Positions 47,208-56,626 of a stretch of DNA of 64,000 nucleotides are shown piece after piece. A program made the translations under genes and the position numbers. Origin of the DNA: Mycobacteriales bacterium (GTDB lineage: Bacteria > Actinomycetota > Actinomycetes > Mycobacteriales > SCTD01). Where the stretch lies: the NCBI GenBank assembly GCA_038235705.1, contig JBBSTR010000004.1, positions 133-64,132 of the forward strand, in the 5' to 3' direction. Numbering within the stretch: the stretch's first letter is position 1; each line of letters opens with the position of its first letter. Under the pieces are notes generated by a model, which did no database searches, was not told the DNA's origin, and was given only the letters and a program-made list of their open reading frames with translations.

Positions 47208-50200
47208 GACCCGGCCAACATGTCGGACAGCGCGACGACCAGCGCCGCCGGCGGCTTCCAGGACCAGACGCCCGTCTCACCGTGCCCGACCATGCCCCGC
47301 AGGAACAGGTAGAGCACCCCGCCGAGATGTCGAGACGGGTCGTATCCCGGCTGCCGCCAGCGCAGGTAGCGGTGCAGCGCGACGCAGTAGAGCAGCGCCT
47401 GCAACGGGTAGTGCGCGTCCAGCACCGCCGCGTCCAACGCTTCGCGCCGGTAGTGCCAGGTGGTCAGGAGCACCCCCCAGGTCCCGAGCATGTTGGTCTT
47501 GTGGTCGATCACGAGGAAGCCGTCACCGGCCTTCAGCACCAGGTCGATGGCGCCGACCAGGTAGCCGCGCAGCTCCGGGTCGCCCAGGCCCTCGACCCGT
47601 TCGGCGTACGGCAGGACGGGGTCTCCCGGTGAGAGGTGCTCGCGCAGCAGGTCGGCCAGCTCGCCCAGACGCGGGACCCGGCCCGCCGGTGCGTCGCCGC
47701 CGCCGAGCGGCATCTCGAAGTCCAGCTCGACGAGATGCTCGGTCACGTCGGCCAGGGACAGGCCGTGGGCGAGCGGTCCCAGCGGGGTCTGCACCGCCAA
47801 CACCAAGGCCGTGCCCAGCCGCTCCGCCGTCACGCCCGCGTCTCGATGCTGCAGGAGCTCGCCTGCGACCCGGGTCAGCTCGGCCTCGACGTCGTCGACG
47901 GTGAGGTCGGCGCGTTCGAGCACCTCGTGGACCAGTGTCCCGAACGCGGCACCCCCCGGGAGGTCGGCCATCGGGCTCGGGGCAGCGTCCGGATCCGCCT
48001 GCTCCGGCAAGGCCGGCGGGGCGGCGGGCTCGTCCTGCTTGATCTCGACGTCCGGCTCGGAGCTCACCCCTGGGTGCTCGTGGGCATCACGGGTCAGCGC
48101 GGTGTAGGACGTACGCCGCCACTGGAGGTCCAGGCTGCGAGCGAGAACGGCCAGCTCGAGCTCGGGTGCCGCGACCTTGGTCGGGGCGGGCGGCACCGAG
48201 ACGGGCGCGGACGGATCACCGACGATCTCGACATCGAGCCCCAGCGCGCGGAACCGCGCGATCGCCTCCTCGTCGGTCGGCACCGGCACCGTGACCGGGA
48301 GGGTCAGCGGGTCGGCGCCGAGCAGGAGCCGGTGCAGCGGCGCGCCTGGCGTGTTCTTGCCGCCCTGCCACCAGAGCAGCAGCTGGCTGGCCGCCCGGGT
48401 GACCGCGACGTAGAGCAGCCGCAGCTCCTCGCCACCGTCCTCAGCGACCTGCTGTGCGCAGGCGGTGTCGTACTCAGGGTCGCCCTTGCCCGCGACGTAG
48501 AGGGTGCGCTCACGACCGTCGTGACCCCGGGGCAGCTGCTCCCGCGAGCCGCCCGCACTGACGTCCCAGCCGTACGGGACGAGCACGACCGGCCACTCGA
48601 GACCCTTGCTGGCGTGCACGGTCATCACCGTCACCGCCGGGGCCTCGGTGTCCAGGCGACGGGCCCGCTCCAGGTCGCTCGCGTCCTGGGCGGCCCGCTC
48701 GATGCGTTCGCGCAGCCACGAGAGCAGGCCCACGAGGCCGAGCCCCTGGGCGCTCTCCCCGTGCAGGACCTCGGCGAGGTGGCGCAGGTCGGTGAGCAGA
48801 CGGTCGCCACCCACCTGGCCGAGCAGTCGGGCCATCACCCGGCGGTCACCGGTGACCTGGCTGAACAGCGCCGCGACGCCCGCCGTGCTCAACGCCTCGG
48901 CCCAGGAACGCAGCTGCTCGGTGAGGCTGTCGGTGACCGTCTCGCCCGCGGACCCGTCGAGCTGCTCGCCGGTGCCGCCGATCCAGGGCGACAGCACGAG
49001 GCGGCGGACCACGCCGCTGCGGTGCGGCTGCTCGACCGCCTCGAGCAGGAGCAGCCAGAGCCGCGCCGCGGGCTGGCGGAAGACGCTGTCGAGCACGCTG
49101 ACGACGGACTCGACACCGACCTCGGTCAGTGCGGCCTCGACGAGCTGGGCCTGCACCCGGGTGCGGACGAGCACGGCAACGTCCCGCGGCCCGAGCGGAC
49201 GCCGTGTGCCGTCCTGCTCAAGCTCCGTGCCGGCCGCGAGCAGGGCCACGACCTGCTCGGCAGCGTCTTTCGCGACCTTGGGCCGGGCCACACCGACGAG
49301 GGCTGGCCCCTTGCCCGCGCGCGGAACGACCCGTAGCCGTACGGCCGTCCGCTCCGGGTGCAGGCGGCTCGTCGCCTGCGCGGCAGAGACCGGCCCCACC
49401 CGGATCCCGTCGTCACCGAGCGCGGCGCCTCGGAAGATCGTCGCGAGACCGGCGAGGACGCCGGCGTCGCTGCGGTGGTTGGTGAGCAGCCCTGCCCGCT
49501 GACCGGCGTGCTCGCGGGCGGACAGGTAGGCCCCCACGTCAGCGCCCCGGAAGCCGTAGATCGCCTGCTTCGGATCCCCGATGAGCACCAGGTCGCGCAC
49601 CCCGTCGAAAGCCCGGCGGAGCACCTCCCACTGCACCGGGTCGGTGTCCTGGAACTCGTCCACGAGCACGACGGAGTAGCGGTGAGAGAGGCGCTGACAG
49701 GCGACCGGGCCGGTCACCGGGTCGCACATCGCTTCCCGCACCCGACGGAGCAGGTCGTCGTAGCCGAGCAGACGCTGCTCGTCGACCCGCCGGTCGACCT
49801 CGCTGCGCACAGCGGCCGCGAACCGGGCACGCACGCCGCCGGGATCCTCGCTGCCACGCTCGTCCGGGTCGGGCAGCAACCGGGCCTCGCGGTCGCCGAC
49901 CGCGGCCTGGGCGACGGCGCGCGCCTGTTCGTGGCTGAACGACGGGGCCGCCGCGCCCGGCCGCGCCCAGCGGCGCAGGTAGAGGTCGTCGCACACCTCG
50001 CCGGTCAGCTCGGCGACGTCGGTGACCAGCTGCGACGTGCCGTCGTCGGCACCGGCTGTCCCCAGCCCGTGAAGGACCTGCAGGCAGAACTCGTGCACGG
50101 TCGCGACGGTCGCTGTGTCGAACGCGGCCAGCGCAGTCGTGAGCCGTTCGACCCGGTCCTCGACCTCGGTCGCCGAGCCTCGGGCGAGGAGCGCGCACAC

Positions 50201-50491
50201 CGGGTCGCCGGACTGCCGGGCCGTCACCGGGTTGGTGAGAGCACGCCGCACCGCGAGCATCCGCTGGCGCACCCGGGTCCGCAGCTCGGTCGTCGCCCCG
50301 CGGCCGAACGTGACCACGAGCAGCTCGTCGATGCGCGCGGACCCCTCGGCCACGTATCTCGTCACCAGGCCGGCGATCGTGTAGGTCTTGCCGGTGCCGG
50401 CGCTCGCCTCGAGCACCACCGTGCCGCTCGGGAGCGGTCCGGCGAGGTCGAAGGCGAGCCCGGGTGTCGGCTGCGGGATCAGGGCGGTCAT
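47204..50491 (-). CDS. recB: Exodeoxyribonuclease V beta subunit
   Basis: EASAGTGKT, VDEFQDTD, IGDPKQAIYGFRGAD, TVHASKGLE, LLYVAVTRA; C-terminal nuclease GAIDL...IDHKTN...YPLQALLY; start trimmed to ATG at 50491. Confidence 0.95.
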   Translation of the reverse strand: MTALIPQPTPGLAFDLAGPLPSGTVVLEASAGTGKTYTIAGLVTRYVAEGSARIDELLVVTFGRGATTELRTRVRQRMLAVRRALTNPVTARQSGDPVCALLARGSATEVEDRVERLTTALAAFDTATVATVHEFCLQVLHGLGTAGADDGTSQLVTDVAELTGEVCDDLYLRRWARPGAAAPSFSHEQARAVAQAAVGDREARLLPDPDERGSEDPGGVRARFAAAVRSEVDRRVDEQRLLGYDDLLRRVREAMCDPVTGPVACQRLSHRYSVVLVDEFQDTDPVQWEVLRRAFDGVRDLVLIGDPKQAIYGFRGADVGAYLSAREHAGQRAGLLTNHRSDAGVLAGLATIFRGAALGDDGIRVGPVSAAQATSRLHPERTAVRLRVVPRAGKGPALVGVARPKVAKDAAEQVVALLAAGTELEQDGTRRPLGPRDVAVLVRTRVQAQLVEAALTEVGVESVVSVLDSVFRQPAARLWLLLLEAVEQPHRSGVVRRLVLSPWIGGTGEQLDGSAGETVTDSLTEQLRSWAEALSTAGVAALFSQVTGDRRVMARLLGQVGGDRLLTDLRHLAEVLHGESAQGLGLVGLLSWLRERIERAAQDASDLERARRLDTEAPAVTVMTVHASKGLEWPVVLVPYGWDVSAGGSREQLPRGHDGRERTLYVAGKGDPEYDTACAQQVAEDGGEELRLLYVAVTRAASQLLLWWQGGKNTPGAPLHRLLLGADPLTLPVTVPVPTDEEAIARFRALGLDVEIVGDPSAPVSVPPAPTKVAAPELELAVLARSLDLQWRRTSYTALTRDAHEHPGVSSEPDVEIKQDEPAAPPALPEQADPDAAPSPMADLPGGAAFGTLVHEVLERADLTVDDVEAELTRVAGELLQHRDAGVTAERLGTALVLAVQTPLGPLAHGLSLADVTEHLVELDFEMPLGGGDAPAGRVPRLGELADLLREHLSPGDPVLPYAERVEGLGDPELRGYLVGAIDLVLKAGDGFLVIDHKTNMLGTWGVLLTTWHYRREALDAAVLDAHYPLQALLYCVALHRYLRWRQPGYDPSRHLGGVLYLFLRGMVGHGETGVWSWKPPAALVVALSDMLAGS

Positions 50492-53400
50492 ACCCGCGTC
50501 ACGTCCCGCTGCTTGTGAGCCAGCAGCGGCTCCCAGACGAGCCGGGCGAGCCGGGCGAACGACGTCGGGCCGTCGGCCGAGCCCGGTTCGGGGACCGGGC
50601 ACTCCCAGGACCAGAGCACGTTGAAGTCGACCACCCCGCCGAAGACCTGCTGCCAGTCCTCGTCCTGGTCGTCGCCAGGAAAGCCGTACGGCGAGAGCCA
50701 GGCCTTGCGGGCCGCGTCCTGAGGCATGTCCTGCTGGCTGGCCGCGAAAGCCATGGCCGCACCGGCCGGGAGCGGGAGCGGCAAGCGCAGCGCGACGTCG
50801 CGCAGCGCCACCCGCTCGGCGAGCAGTCCCAGGGGGTCCTCGGGTGCCTCGAGCGTGTGCGTCGCGCGGAACCGGCCGTCCCCGCGGCCGACGACGACCG
50901 CGTGCCAAGGCTGCTCCGGCCGGCTCGCCGAGAGCACCACCAGGTCGATCCACGCTCGAAGCAGCTGCTTGGCCTTGATCCTGGACCAGGTCACGGTCAC
51001 CAGGGCGTCGCCGTGCACGCCTGCCACGGCCCCACGCACGCGTCGACCGTCGGGCAGCGGCACCTCGACGGCCAGGGTCGCGCCGGCTCCGGTGAGGTGC
51101 GGAGCAGCGGCGTCGGCGAGCGAGACGACCATCGGCGTGACCGCGTCGAGCACTCCTCGGCCGAGCGCGTGAGGGGGAAGATCTCCCCGCCTGGCTTCCA
51201 CCACCCGCTGCTGGTCCGCCGTCCCGTCGACCTGCGCCGCGAGCAGCCGTTCGGCGACCTCCCACGTCGTCAAACCGTCGAGGGTGATCGGCAGCGACTC
51301 TTCCGGGTCGAGGACGCCGGACTGCGACCACACCCCGAGTCGTTGACGGAGAAACCCCTTTCCCGGATGGACGAGCAGCTCGCGGAGCTGCCGCAGGTCG
51401 ACGTCACCGTCGTCCGGCGCCGGGGGCAGCGGGCCGGAGAGCATCGGCGGAGCGGGTTGTTGCCCGGCCGCGGCCGCCTTCGCCCCACGGACCCCGGCCG
51501 GGTCGTAGGAGAACACCTGCCCGGGCACGAGCGCCCCGCGACGGAACGACGCGGCCCCGAACGGCTGTAACGGGTGCCGGACAAGCACCTCCTGACCGAA
51601 CGGTCGGCCGTCTTTCGTCGCTCCGAGCAGGTCGATCGCGTCGAGCAGCTCGCCGATCGGCACGGCCGGCGGGAGCGGGGCCCCGGTGCGCACGTGTGCA
51701 CCGTCGAACGTCACCACGAGGTGGTCCGTCGCCGACAGCACGGCGTCGAGCAGCAGCTGTCGGTCCTCGCTGCGCGGGTCACGCTCACCGACCTGCGGTT
51801 CGCGGGCCAGCAGGTCGTCGCCGGAGGGCTCGGTCCTTCGCGGGAAGGCCCCGTCGTCCATGCCGAGCAGGCACACCACCCGGTGCGGCACAGAACGCAT
51901 GGGCACGAGCGTGCAGACCGTCAACCCACCCGTGCGGAACCCGCTCCGGGTCGGGCGACCGGCCAGCCGCTCCCCGAGCAGAGCTTGCAGGTCGAGGCGG
52001 GTCAGCACCGCCGTCCTGCGATCCACGGACGCGTCGCTGCTGATCGCGGCGGCGGCGCCGTCCGAGACCTCCGCCAGCTCTCGCCGGAGCTGTGCCAGCT
52101 GCCAGTCGCCGTCGAGCGGGACGTCCCCGAGGCTCAGCACCGCCGACTCCAAGGCCGCGAGCCAGGCAGCCATCGGTTGCGGGCCGGTCAACGCGTCGAG
52201 CGAGGTCGCGACCCTGTCGACCAGCTCGGCGACCCGGCCCACCAGGGCGAGCCCGGAGCCCTCCACCGCGTCCAGCGGCAGGACGTCGCCGAGCAGGTCC
52301 TGGCCCTCGGGCAGGGCGACCCCGACCAGGAGCCGGTCGAGCCCCGCCTGCCACGTGCCCTGGGCGACCTCGACCGGCAGACCCCAGGCCTGACGGTGCT
52401 CGGCGTCGAGCCCCCACCGCACCCCTGCGTCGACGGCCCACCCCCGCAGCTGCTCGACGTCGTCGTCGGACAACCGACCCCGGCGTCGCACGGCTGGGGA
52501 CCCGAGCAGGTCGAGCACCTGGCTGCTGGTGGCCCGACCCCCGGCCAGCTCGAGCAGGTCGGCCGCGAGCGCGAGCAGCGGGTTGAGCTGACGGGGCGAC
52601 CGGTCAGCGACCGTGACCCGGAGCCTGGCAGCCGGGTGGTCGACGGCCTCGAACGCGGCGCTGACCAGCGGGGCGAACTGCTCGACGTCAGGACACAGCA
52701 CCAGGACGTCGCGAGGCTCCAGGGTGGGGTCTCCAGCCAGCAGACCGAGAACGACCTCCCGAAGCACTTCGACCTGACGCGCCCGACCGTGGCAGGCATG
52801 GACCTGGACGCTCCTGTCGCTCTCCTCCGCCCTGACCTGGGGGTCATCGTCTCGGAGCGCGCGTTGAAGCGCGCCGAGCAACGTGTCCGGTGGTGACGCC
52901 GCCGGCACGGGCGCGACGCGGACCGTGATCCTCGGCCGACGCTCCCCCGGCCTCGGTGCGGCCAGCTCGCCAAGTCGCACCTGCAGCTGCTGGACGTCTC
53001 GGGAGAGCGAAGCGAGCAGCGGGTGCCGGACGCTGACGGTCAGGTCGCGACGGGACAGCGCGGCTGGAGCCTGCTCGACCGCGTGCCACAGCGCCGGTCC
53101 CGGGTGGTGCAGCCACAGGTGGACCTCGCGGTGAGCGGCCAGCGCGGCGAGCACCTGCAGGCGGGCAGCGGGCAGCCGGCTCGGCCCGTAGAAGCTGAAC
53201 CGGTCCGCCAGATCGCCGTCACCCTCGCGCAGCCGAGCGCACCCCGCTCCGAGCAGCTCGGCCGGCGAGGGCCCGACCCGTTGCCGGAGGGCGCGCCAGA
53301 GGCGGGGCTGCCACGCAAGATCCTGCGGTGCTGCGCTCGACCCTGACGCCCACCCCAGGATGAGCTCAGGCCGCTCGCTCCCGTACGAGCCGAACAAGCC

Positions 53401-53808
53401 CGCAAGGCGTCGAGCCGTTCGGTAGCCCGAGGTGCGTGCGCCGGAGAGATGATGACGCAACGTCCCTGACCAGGCCTCGTCCGGCAGCTCGTCCAGCACC
53501 TGCAGCAGCGGCCAGACCACGCTGTCGGGTTGCCACGCCTCAACGGCAGCGGCGTGCTCCTCGCTGACAACGACCAGCACCTCGTCGAGCAGCTGGCCGG
53601 GGCGCCGGAAGTCGATGCCAGCCGCGATCCCGTCCCCGCGCACCGCACCGAGATGGTGCGACAGGCGCTGCGAGATCCAGCGTTCGACACCCTTGGCCGG
53701 GACCGCCACGATCTCTCTCGCCAGCACCGGCCCCGGCACACGCGTCAGCTCCTCGGCGAGGGCGGCGACCAGCGCGTCCGGGGACGGGCTCGTGTGCAGG
53801 TGCAGCAT
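50488..53808 (-). CDS. recC: Exodeoxyribonuclease V gamma subunit
   Basis: GVERWISQRLS, WQPRLWR, HPLLASL.R, SVQVHACHG.ARQVEVLRE, TVCTLVPMRSVP and HPLQPF motifs; start trimmed to ATG at 53808. Confidence 0.95.
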   Translation of the reverse strand: MLHLHTSPSPDALVAALAEELTRVPGPVLAREIVAVPAKGVERWISQRLSHHLGAVRGDGIAAGIDFRRPGQLLDEVLVVVSEEHAAAVEAWQPDSVVWPLLQVLDELPDEAWSGTLRHHLSGARTSGYRTARRLAGLFGSYGSERPELILGWASGSSAAPQDLAWQPRLWRALRQRVGPSPAELLGAGCARLREGDGDLADRFSFYGPSRLPAARLQVLAALAAHREVHLWLHHPGPALWHAVEQAPAALSRRDLTVSVRHPLLASLSRDVQQLQVRLGELAAPRPGERRPRITVRVAPVPAASPPDTLLGALQRALRDDDPQVRAEESDRSVQVHACHGRARQVEVLREVVLGLLAGDPTLEPRDVLVLCPDVEQFAPLVSAAFEAVDHPAARLRVTVADRSPRQLNPLLALAADLLELAGGRATSSQVLDLLGSPAVRRRGRLSDDDVEQLRGWAVDAGVRWGLDAEHRQAWGLPVEVAQGTWQAGLDRLLVGVALPEGQDLLGDVLPLDAVEGSGLALVGRVAELVDRVATSLDALTGPQPMAAWLAALESAVLSLGDVPLDGDWQLAQLRRELAEVSDGAAAAISSDASVDRRTAVLTRLDLQALLGERLAGRPTRSGFRTGGLTVCTLVPMRSVPHRVVCLLGMDDGAFPRRTEPSGDDLLAREPQVGERDPRSEDRQLLLDAVLSATDHLVVTFDGAHVRTGAPLPPAVPIGELLDAIDLLGATKDGRPFGQEVLVRHPLQPFGAASFRRGALVPGQVFSYDPAGVRGAKAAAAGQQPAPPMLSGPLPPAPDDGDVDLRQLRELLVHPGKGFLRQRLGVWSQSGVLDPEESLPITLDGLTTWEVAERLLAAQVDGTADQQRVVEARRGDLPPHALGRGVLDAVTPMVVSLADAAAPHLTGAGATLAVEVPLPDGRRVRGAVAGVHGDALVTVTWSRIKAKQLLRAWIDLVVLSASRPEQPWHAVVVGRGDGRFRATHTLEAPEDPLGLLAERVALRDVALRLPLPLPAGAAMAFAASQQDMPQDAARKAWLSPYGFPGDDQDEDWQQVFGGVVDFNVLWSWECPVPEPGSADGPTSFARLARLVWEPLLAHKQRDVTRV

Positions 53809-53814
53809 CAGCCG

Positions 53815-53836
53815 ACCGTAGAGCAGCCCACCGACA
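53815..53836 (-). promoter_or_regulatory. RecA-NDp / PafBC-type DNA-damage promoter of recCBD (leaderless)
   Basis: TGTCGG-N10-TACGGT-N6-ATG, a perfect match to TGTCGG-N10-TA-N3-T. Confidence 0.85.
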
Positions 53837-53973
53837 ACCTGGGACGCCCCCATGAACTGCGCGTCACACGACGGTCTGGGCCAGCCGATGCCCGTGACCG
53901 ACCGTGGCTGGTAACGCCCGGACGACGGGCTGTGAGGCTCCGCACCTGCGGCCCGCTGGGCCGCCTGAGGCTC

Positions 53974-54072
53974 GGGCGGAGCCACCCACCGTTGCGGCTG
54001 GCCGGTCACACCCGCGATGTGCTCGAAGTGGGCGTCGTAGTGCAGCAGGACCAGCCTCGAGGTTGACGGCAT
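53974..54072 (-). pseudogene. C-terminal relic of a VapC-type PIN toxin gene
   Basis: LVLLHYDAHFEHIAGVTGQPQRWVAPP matches the actinobacterial VapC tail (L.VLHYD.DF..IA.VTGQP..WV.P). No N-terminal PIN half and no antitoxin gene. Confidence 0.72.
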
Positions 54073-54132
54073 ACTGCAGAGCCGACAGCCGCAACTTGTC
54101 GTACGGCGCTGGGGTGGTCATGACGGCCCAGG

Positions 54133-54594
54133 CTATCGGCGGCGGGTCGTCCAGGTGGCCAGACCGAGCAGCAGCCCCCATTCCAGGAACCACGGTTCCC
54201 AGACCAGCAGCCGCCAGCGGAGCACGTCGGGATCGATCGGTACGTCGGGCGTCACGGCCCCGACGGCGACCAGGGCGACCGCGCTCACCTGCAGGAGCCC
54301 GTAGGCCGTGAGCAGGACCGCCCCGACCCAGGCCGTCGCTCGCAACGTCCGCTGGGGCAGGCGGCATCCCCAGCGCTGGACCAGCGCCAGGGCGAGCACC
54401 GCGCCGGCGAGCTTGGCAACGCCGGTCACCCAGACGACGGTGATGATCAGCGGGTCGCGGGCGAGGGCCAGCTCCTCGATGCGGCCCCCGAGGGTCGACA
54501 CCAGCGCCGTGCCGCCGGCCCCCCAGTAGAAGCTGACCAGCGCGAAGACGAAGGCCACCGCGGCCGCCGCGTAGGCGGGCCAGGTGCGGGTCAT
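54133..54594 (-). CDS. Membrane protein (DUF3995-like)
   Basis: SFYWGAGG, four TM segments and WEPWF..WG; AAGGAG RBS. Confidence 0.75.
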   Translation of the reverse strand: MTRTWPAYAAAAVAFVFALVSFYWGAGGTALVSTLGGRIEELALARDPLIITVVWVTGVAKLAGAVLALALVQRWGCRLPQRTLRATAWVGAVLLTAYGLLQVSAVALVAVGAVTPDVPIDPDVLRWRLLVWEPWFLEWGLLLGLATWTTRRR

Positions 54595-54678
54595 CAGATC
54601 TCCTTGCCGTGCCCTGCGCGAGCTGCTGCGTCGGACGACGGTGAGGCTAGGCGAGGCACGGTCAGCACGTCGCGTGCC

Positions 54679-55293
54679 TCACCGCACCCCGTGCTGGCGC
54701 AGCTGGACGCTGATGCGCGGCCCCACCGGGCGGACGGTCTTCGGCACGGCGTGCTCCCAGGTGCGCTGGCAGGAGCCGCCCATGACGATCAGGTCGCCAT
54801 GTCCGAGCGAGCACCGCATGCCCTGACCGCCGCCGCGGGGCCGCAGCGCGAGCTGACGCGGGGCGCCGACGCTGATGATGGCCACCATCGTGTCCTCCCG
54901 GGCGCCCCGACCGATCGTGTCTCCGTGCCAGGCGACGCTGTCGCGCCCGTCGCGGTAGAGGCACAGCCCTGCGGTCACGAACGGTCCCCCTGTCTCGCCG
55001 GCGTAGCGCTCGTCCAGCAGCGTCCTTGCCTGCTCCAGAACCGGGTGAGGGAGGCGCTGGCCCTCCCCGTAGAAGGCGAGCCGGCGGGGCACGGACACCT
55101 CGCGGTCATACATCTGGCGTCGTTCGTCGTGCCACGGCACCGTCTCGAGCAGCTCGGCGAACAAGGCGTCGGCGCCGCACAACCAGCCGGGAAACAGATC
55201 TACCCAGGCGCCGTACGACAAGACGCTCCGACCCCCGGACGGCACCGGCCGCACGGTCGGGGTGTCCTCGAGGTCCAGCAGCGAGCCCTGCAT
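54679..55293 (-). CDS. alkB: AlkB-family 2-oxoglutarate/Fe(II) dioxygenase
   Basis: VPR, YRDGRDSVAWHGD, ISVGAPR, HGDLIVMGGSCQRTWEHAVPK and RISVQ.R motifs. Confidence 0.9.
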   Translation of the reverse strand: MQGSLLDLEDTPTVRPVPSGGRSVLSYGAWVDLFPGWLCGADALFAELLETVPWHDERRQMYDREVSVPRRLAFYGEGQRLPHPVLEQARTLLDERYAGETGGPFVTAGLCLYRDGRDSVAWHGDTIGRGAREDTMVAIISVGAPRQLALRPRGGGQGMRCSLGHGDLIVMGGSCQRTWEHAVPKTVRPVGPRISVQLRQHGVR

Positions 55294-55306
55294 GCGGACA
55301 TGCTAA

Positions 55307-55322
55307 CCGAACGTGCGTTCGA
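55307..55322 (-). promoter_or_regulatory. LexA (SOS) box adjacent to the leaderless alkB promoter
   Basis: TCGAAC-GCAC-GTTCGG on the minus strand, followed after 1 nt by TAGCAT (-10) and ATG 6 nt later. Confidence 0.85.
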
Positions 55323-55384
55323 CCTGTGCGACTGACCTCGGACACCGGCCCCGCCTCGGGTCAGACACCCGGTCACCCGCCCCC

Positions 55385-55478
55385 GCGCGGATGCTTGGGC
55401 ACCCGTCCCGGGCCCCGGTGGCCTCGCGCAACGTGCATAAGCCCCGTAACACGCACAGGTGGGTGCGCAAGCATCCGG
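55385..55478. repeat. Short dispersed element with terminal inverted repeats (copy 2)
   Basis: CGGATGCTTGGGCACCC (55388-55404) and GGGTGCGCAAGCATCCG (55461-55477) are 16/17 complementary; both ends align with 333-455. Confidence 0.7.
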
Positions 55479-55623
55479 CAGGCATCCAGGTCGGGCTCGC
55501 TCCCGAGCCGGTCGGTTCCCACGAAGTCCCAGGCAGCTACCACCTGTCCTGGGCCGACCTGGTGATCTAGGACGCCGAACCGGCGTCAAGATCACCACCC
55601 GTAGGGTGGCCGCCCGTGGCCGC

Positions 55624-56559
55624 ATGACGCACCCTGGACCGGTGCAGATCGTCGAGGACGTCCGTTCCCGGTTCCGTGCCCGGGTCTCCGGCGACCCGAC
55701 CGGCGCGCCGGACTGGGTCCGTGACATCGCGCTGGTGGGCAGCGGCGACGGCTGGTTCGAACCGGACGGAGTCGTCTGGCGGGTGCACGGCGACCTCTCC
55801 ACGCTCTGCGGCGGTGTCGTGGCGCTGCTCGGCCAGGGCGCGCACCCGCGTGCCCTGGCCGGGGTGCAGCGGCACTCCGCCTACCTGGCGGACCCCTGGA
55901 AGCGGCTCGCCGGCACCGCCCGGTGGCTGGTGGTCAGCACCTTCGGCTCGGCCGAGCTGGCCGAGCGCGAGTCAGCCCGCGTCCGTGGGATGCACCGCAA
56001 GGTCAAGGGTGTCGACGACCGAGGCCGACCCTATGCCGCCGGGGACCCGCACCTGCTCCGCTGGGTCCACCTTGCCTTCACCGACGCGTTCCTCGCGGCC
56101 CACCTGGAGCTCGGGACCGATCTCCGTCCTCGTTTCGGGCCCCGATGGGCCGACTCCTACGTCCGGGAGTGGGCCGTCAGCGCCGAGCGACTCGGAGCCA
56201 CCGACCTGCCTCGGAGCCAAGCCGAGCTGGCCGACGCCTTGGAGGCGTATCGCACCGAGCTGGAGCCGGTGCCGCAGGACCTGCTGACCTTTCTGACCGG
56301 CCCGCCCGGGCTCTCCCCGCCGGAAAAGCTGTTCTACGCCGGCCTGGCCCGCGGCGGGCGGTTGCTCCTGTCCCCCACCCTCGCGCCCTTCGCCGGCGTC
56401 GCCGGCCGCGACGCCCGCGGTCCCCGGCACCGAGTCTCGTTGACGGCGACCAGAGCCCAGCTGCGCCTGCTGCGCCTGGTGCTCGGGCCCTTCAGCCCGT
56501 CGGAGGAAGCCGCCCGATACCGCCTCGGCAACGGCCCGGCCCCGTCCTGGATGGCTTGA
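55624..56559 (+). CDS. MpaB/DUF2236 oxygenase-like protein
   Basis: GWFEPDGVVWRVHGD, Q..HP..LAGV..HS, DP.KRL..T, MHRKV and LL.WVH motifs. Confidence 0.87.
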   Translation: MTHPGPVQIVEDVRSRFRARVSGDPTGAPDWVRDIALVGSGDGWFEPDGVVWRVHGDLSTLCGGVVALLGQGAHPRALAGVQRHSAYLADPWKRLAGTARWLVVSTFGSAELAERESARVRGMHRKVKGVDDRGRPYAAGDPHLLRWVHLAFTDAFLAAHLELGTDLRPRFGPRWADSYVREWAVSAERLGATDLPRSQAELADALEAYRTELEPVPQDLLTFLTGPPGLSPPEKLFYAGLARGGRLLLSPTLAPFAGVAGRDARGPRHRVSLTATRAQLRLLRLVLGPFSPSEEAARYRLGNGPAPSWMA

Positions 56560-56626
56560 TCCGACGACAGGTGCCAGAAGACGTCAATGATCGTCTTTCC
56601 GGTCGACGAGGCCCGCAGGAGAGTCC

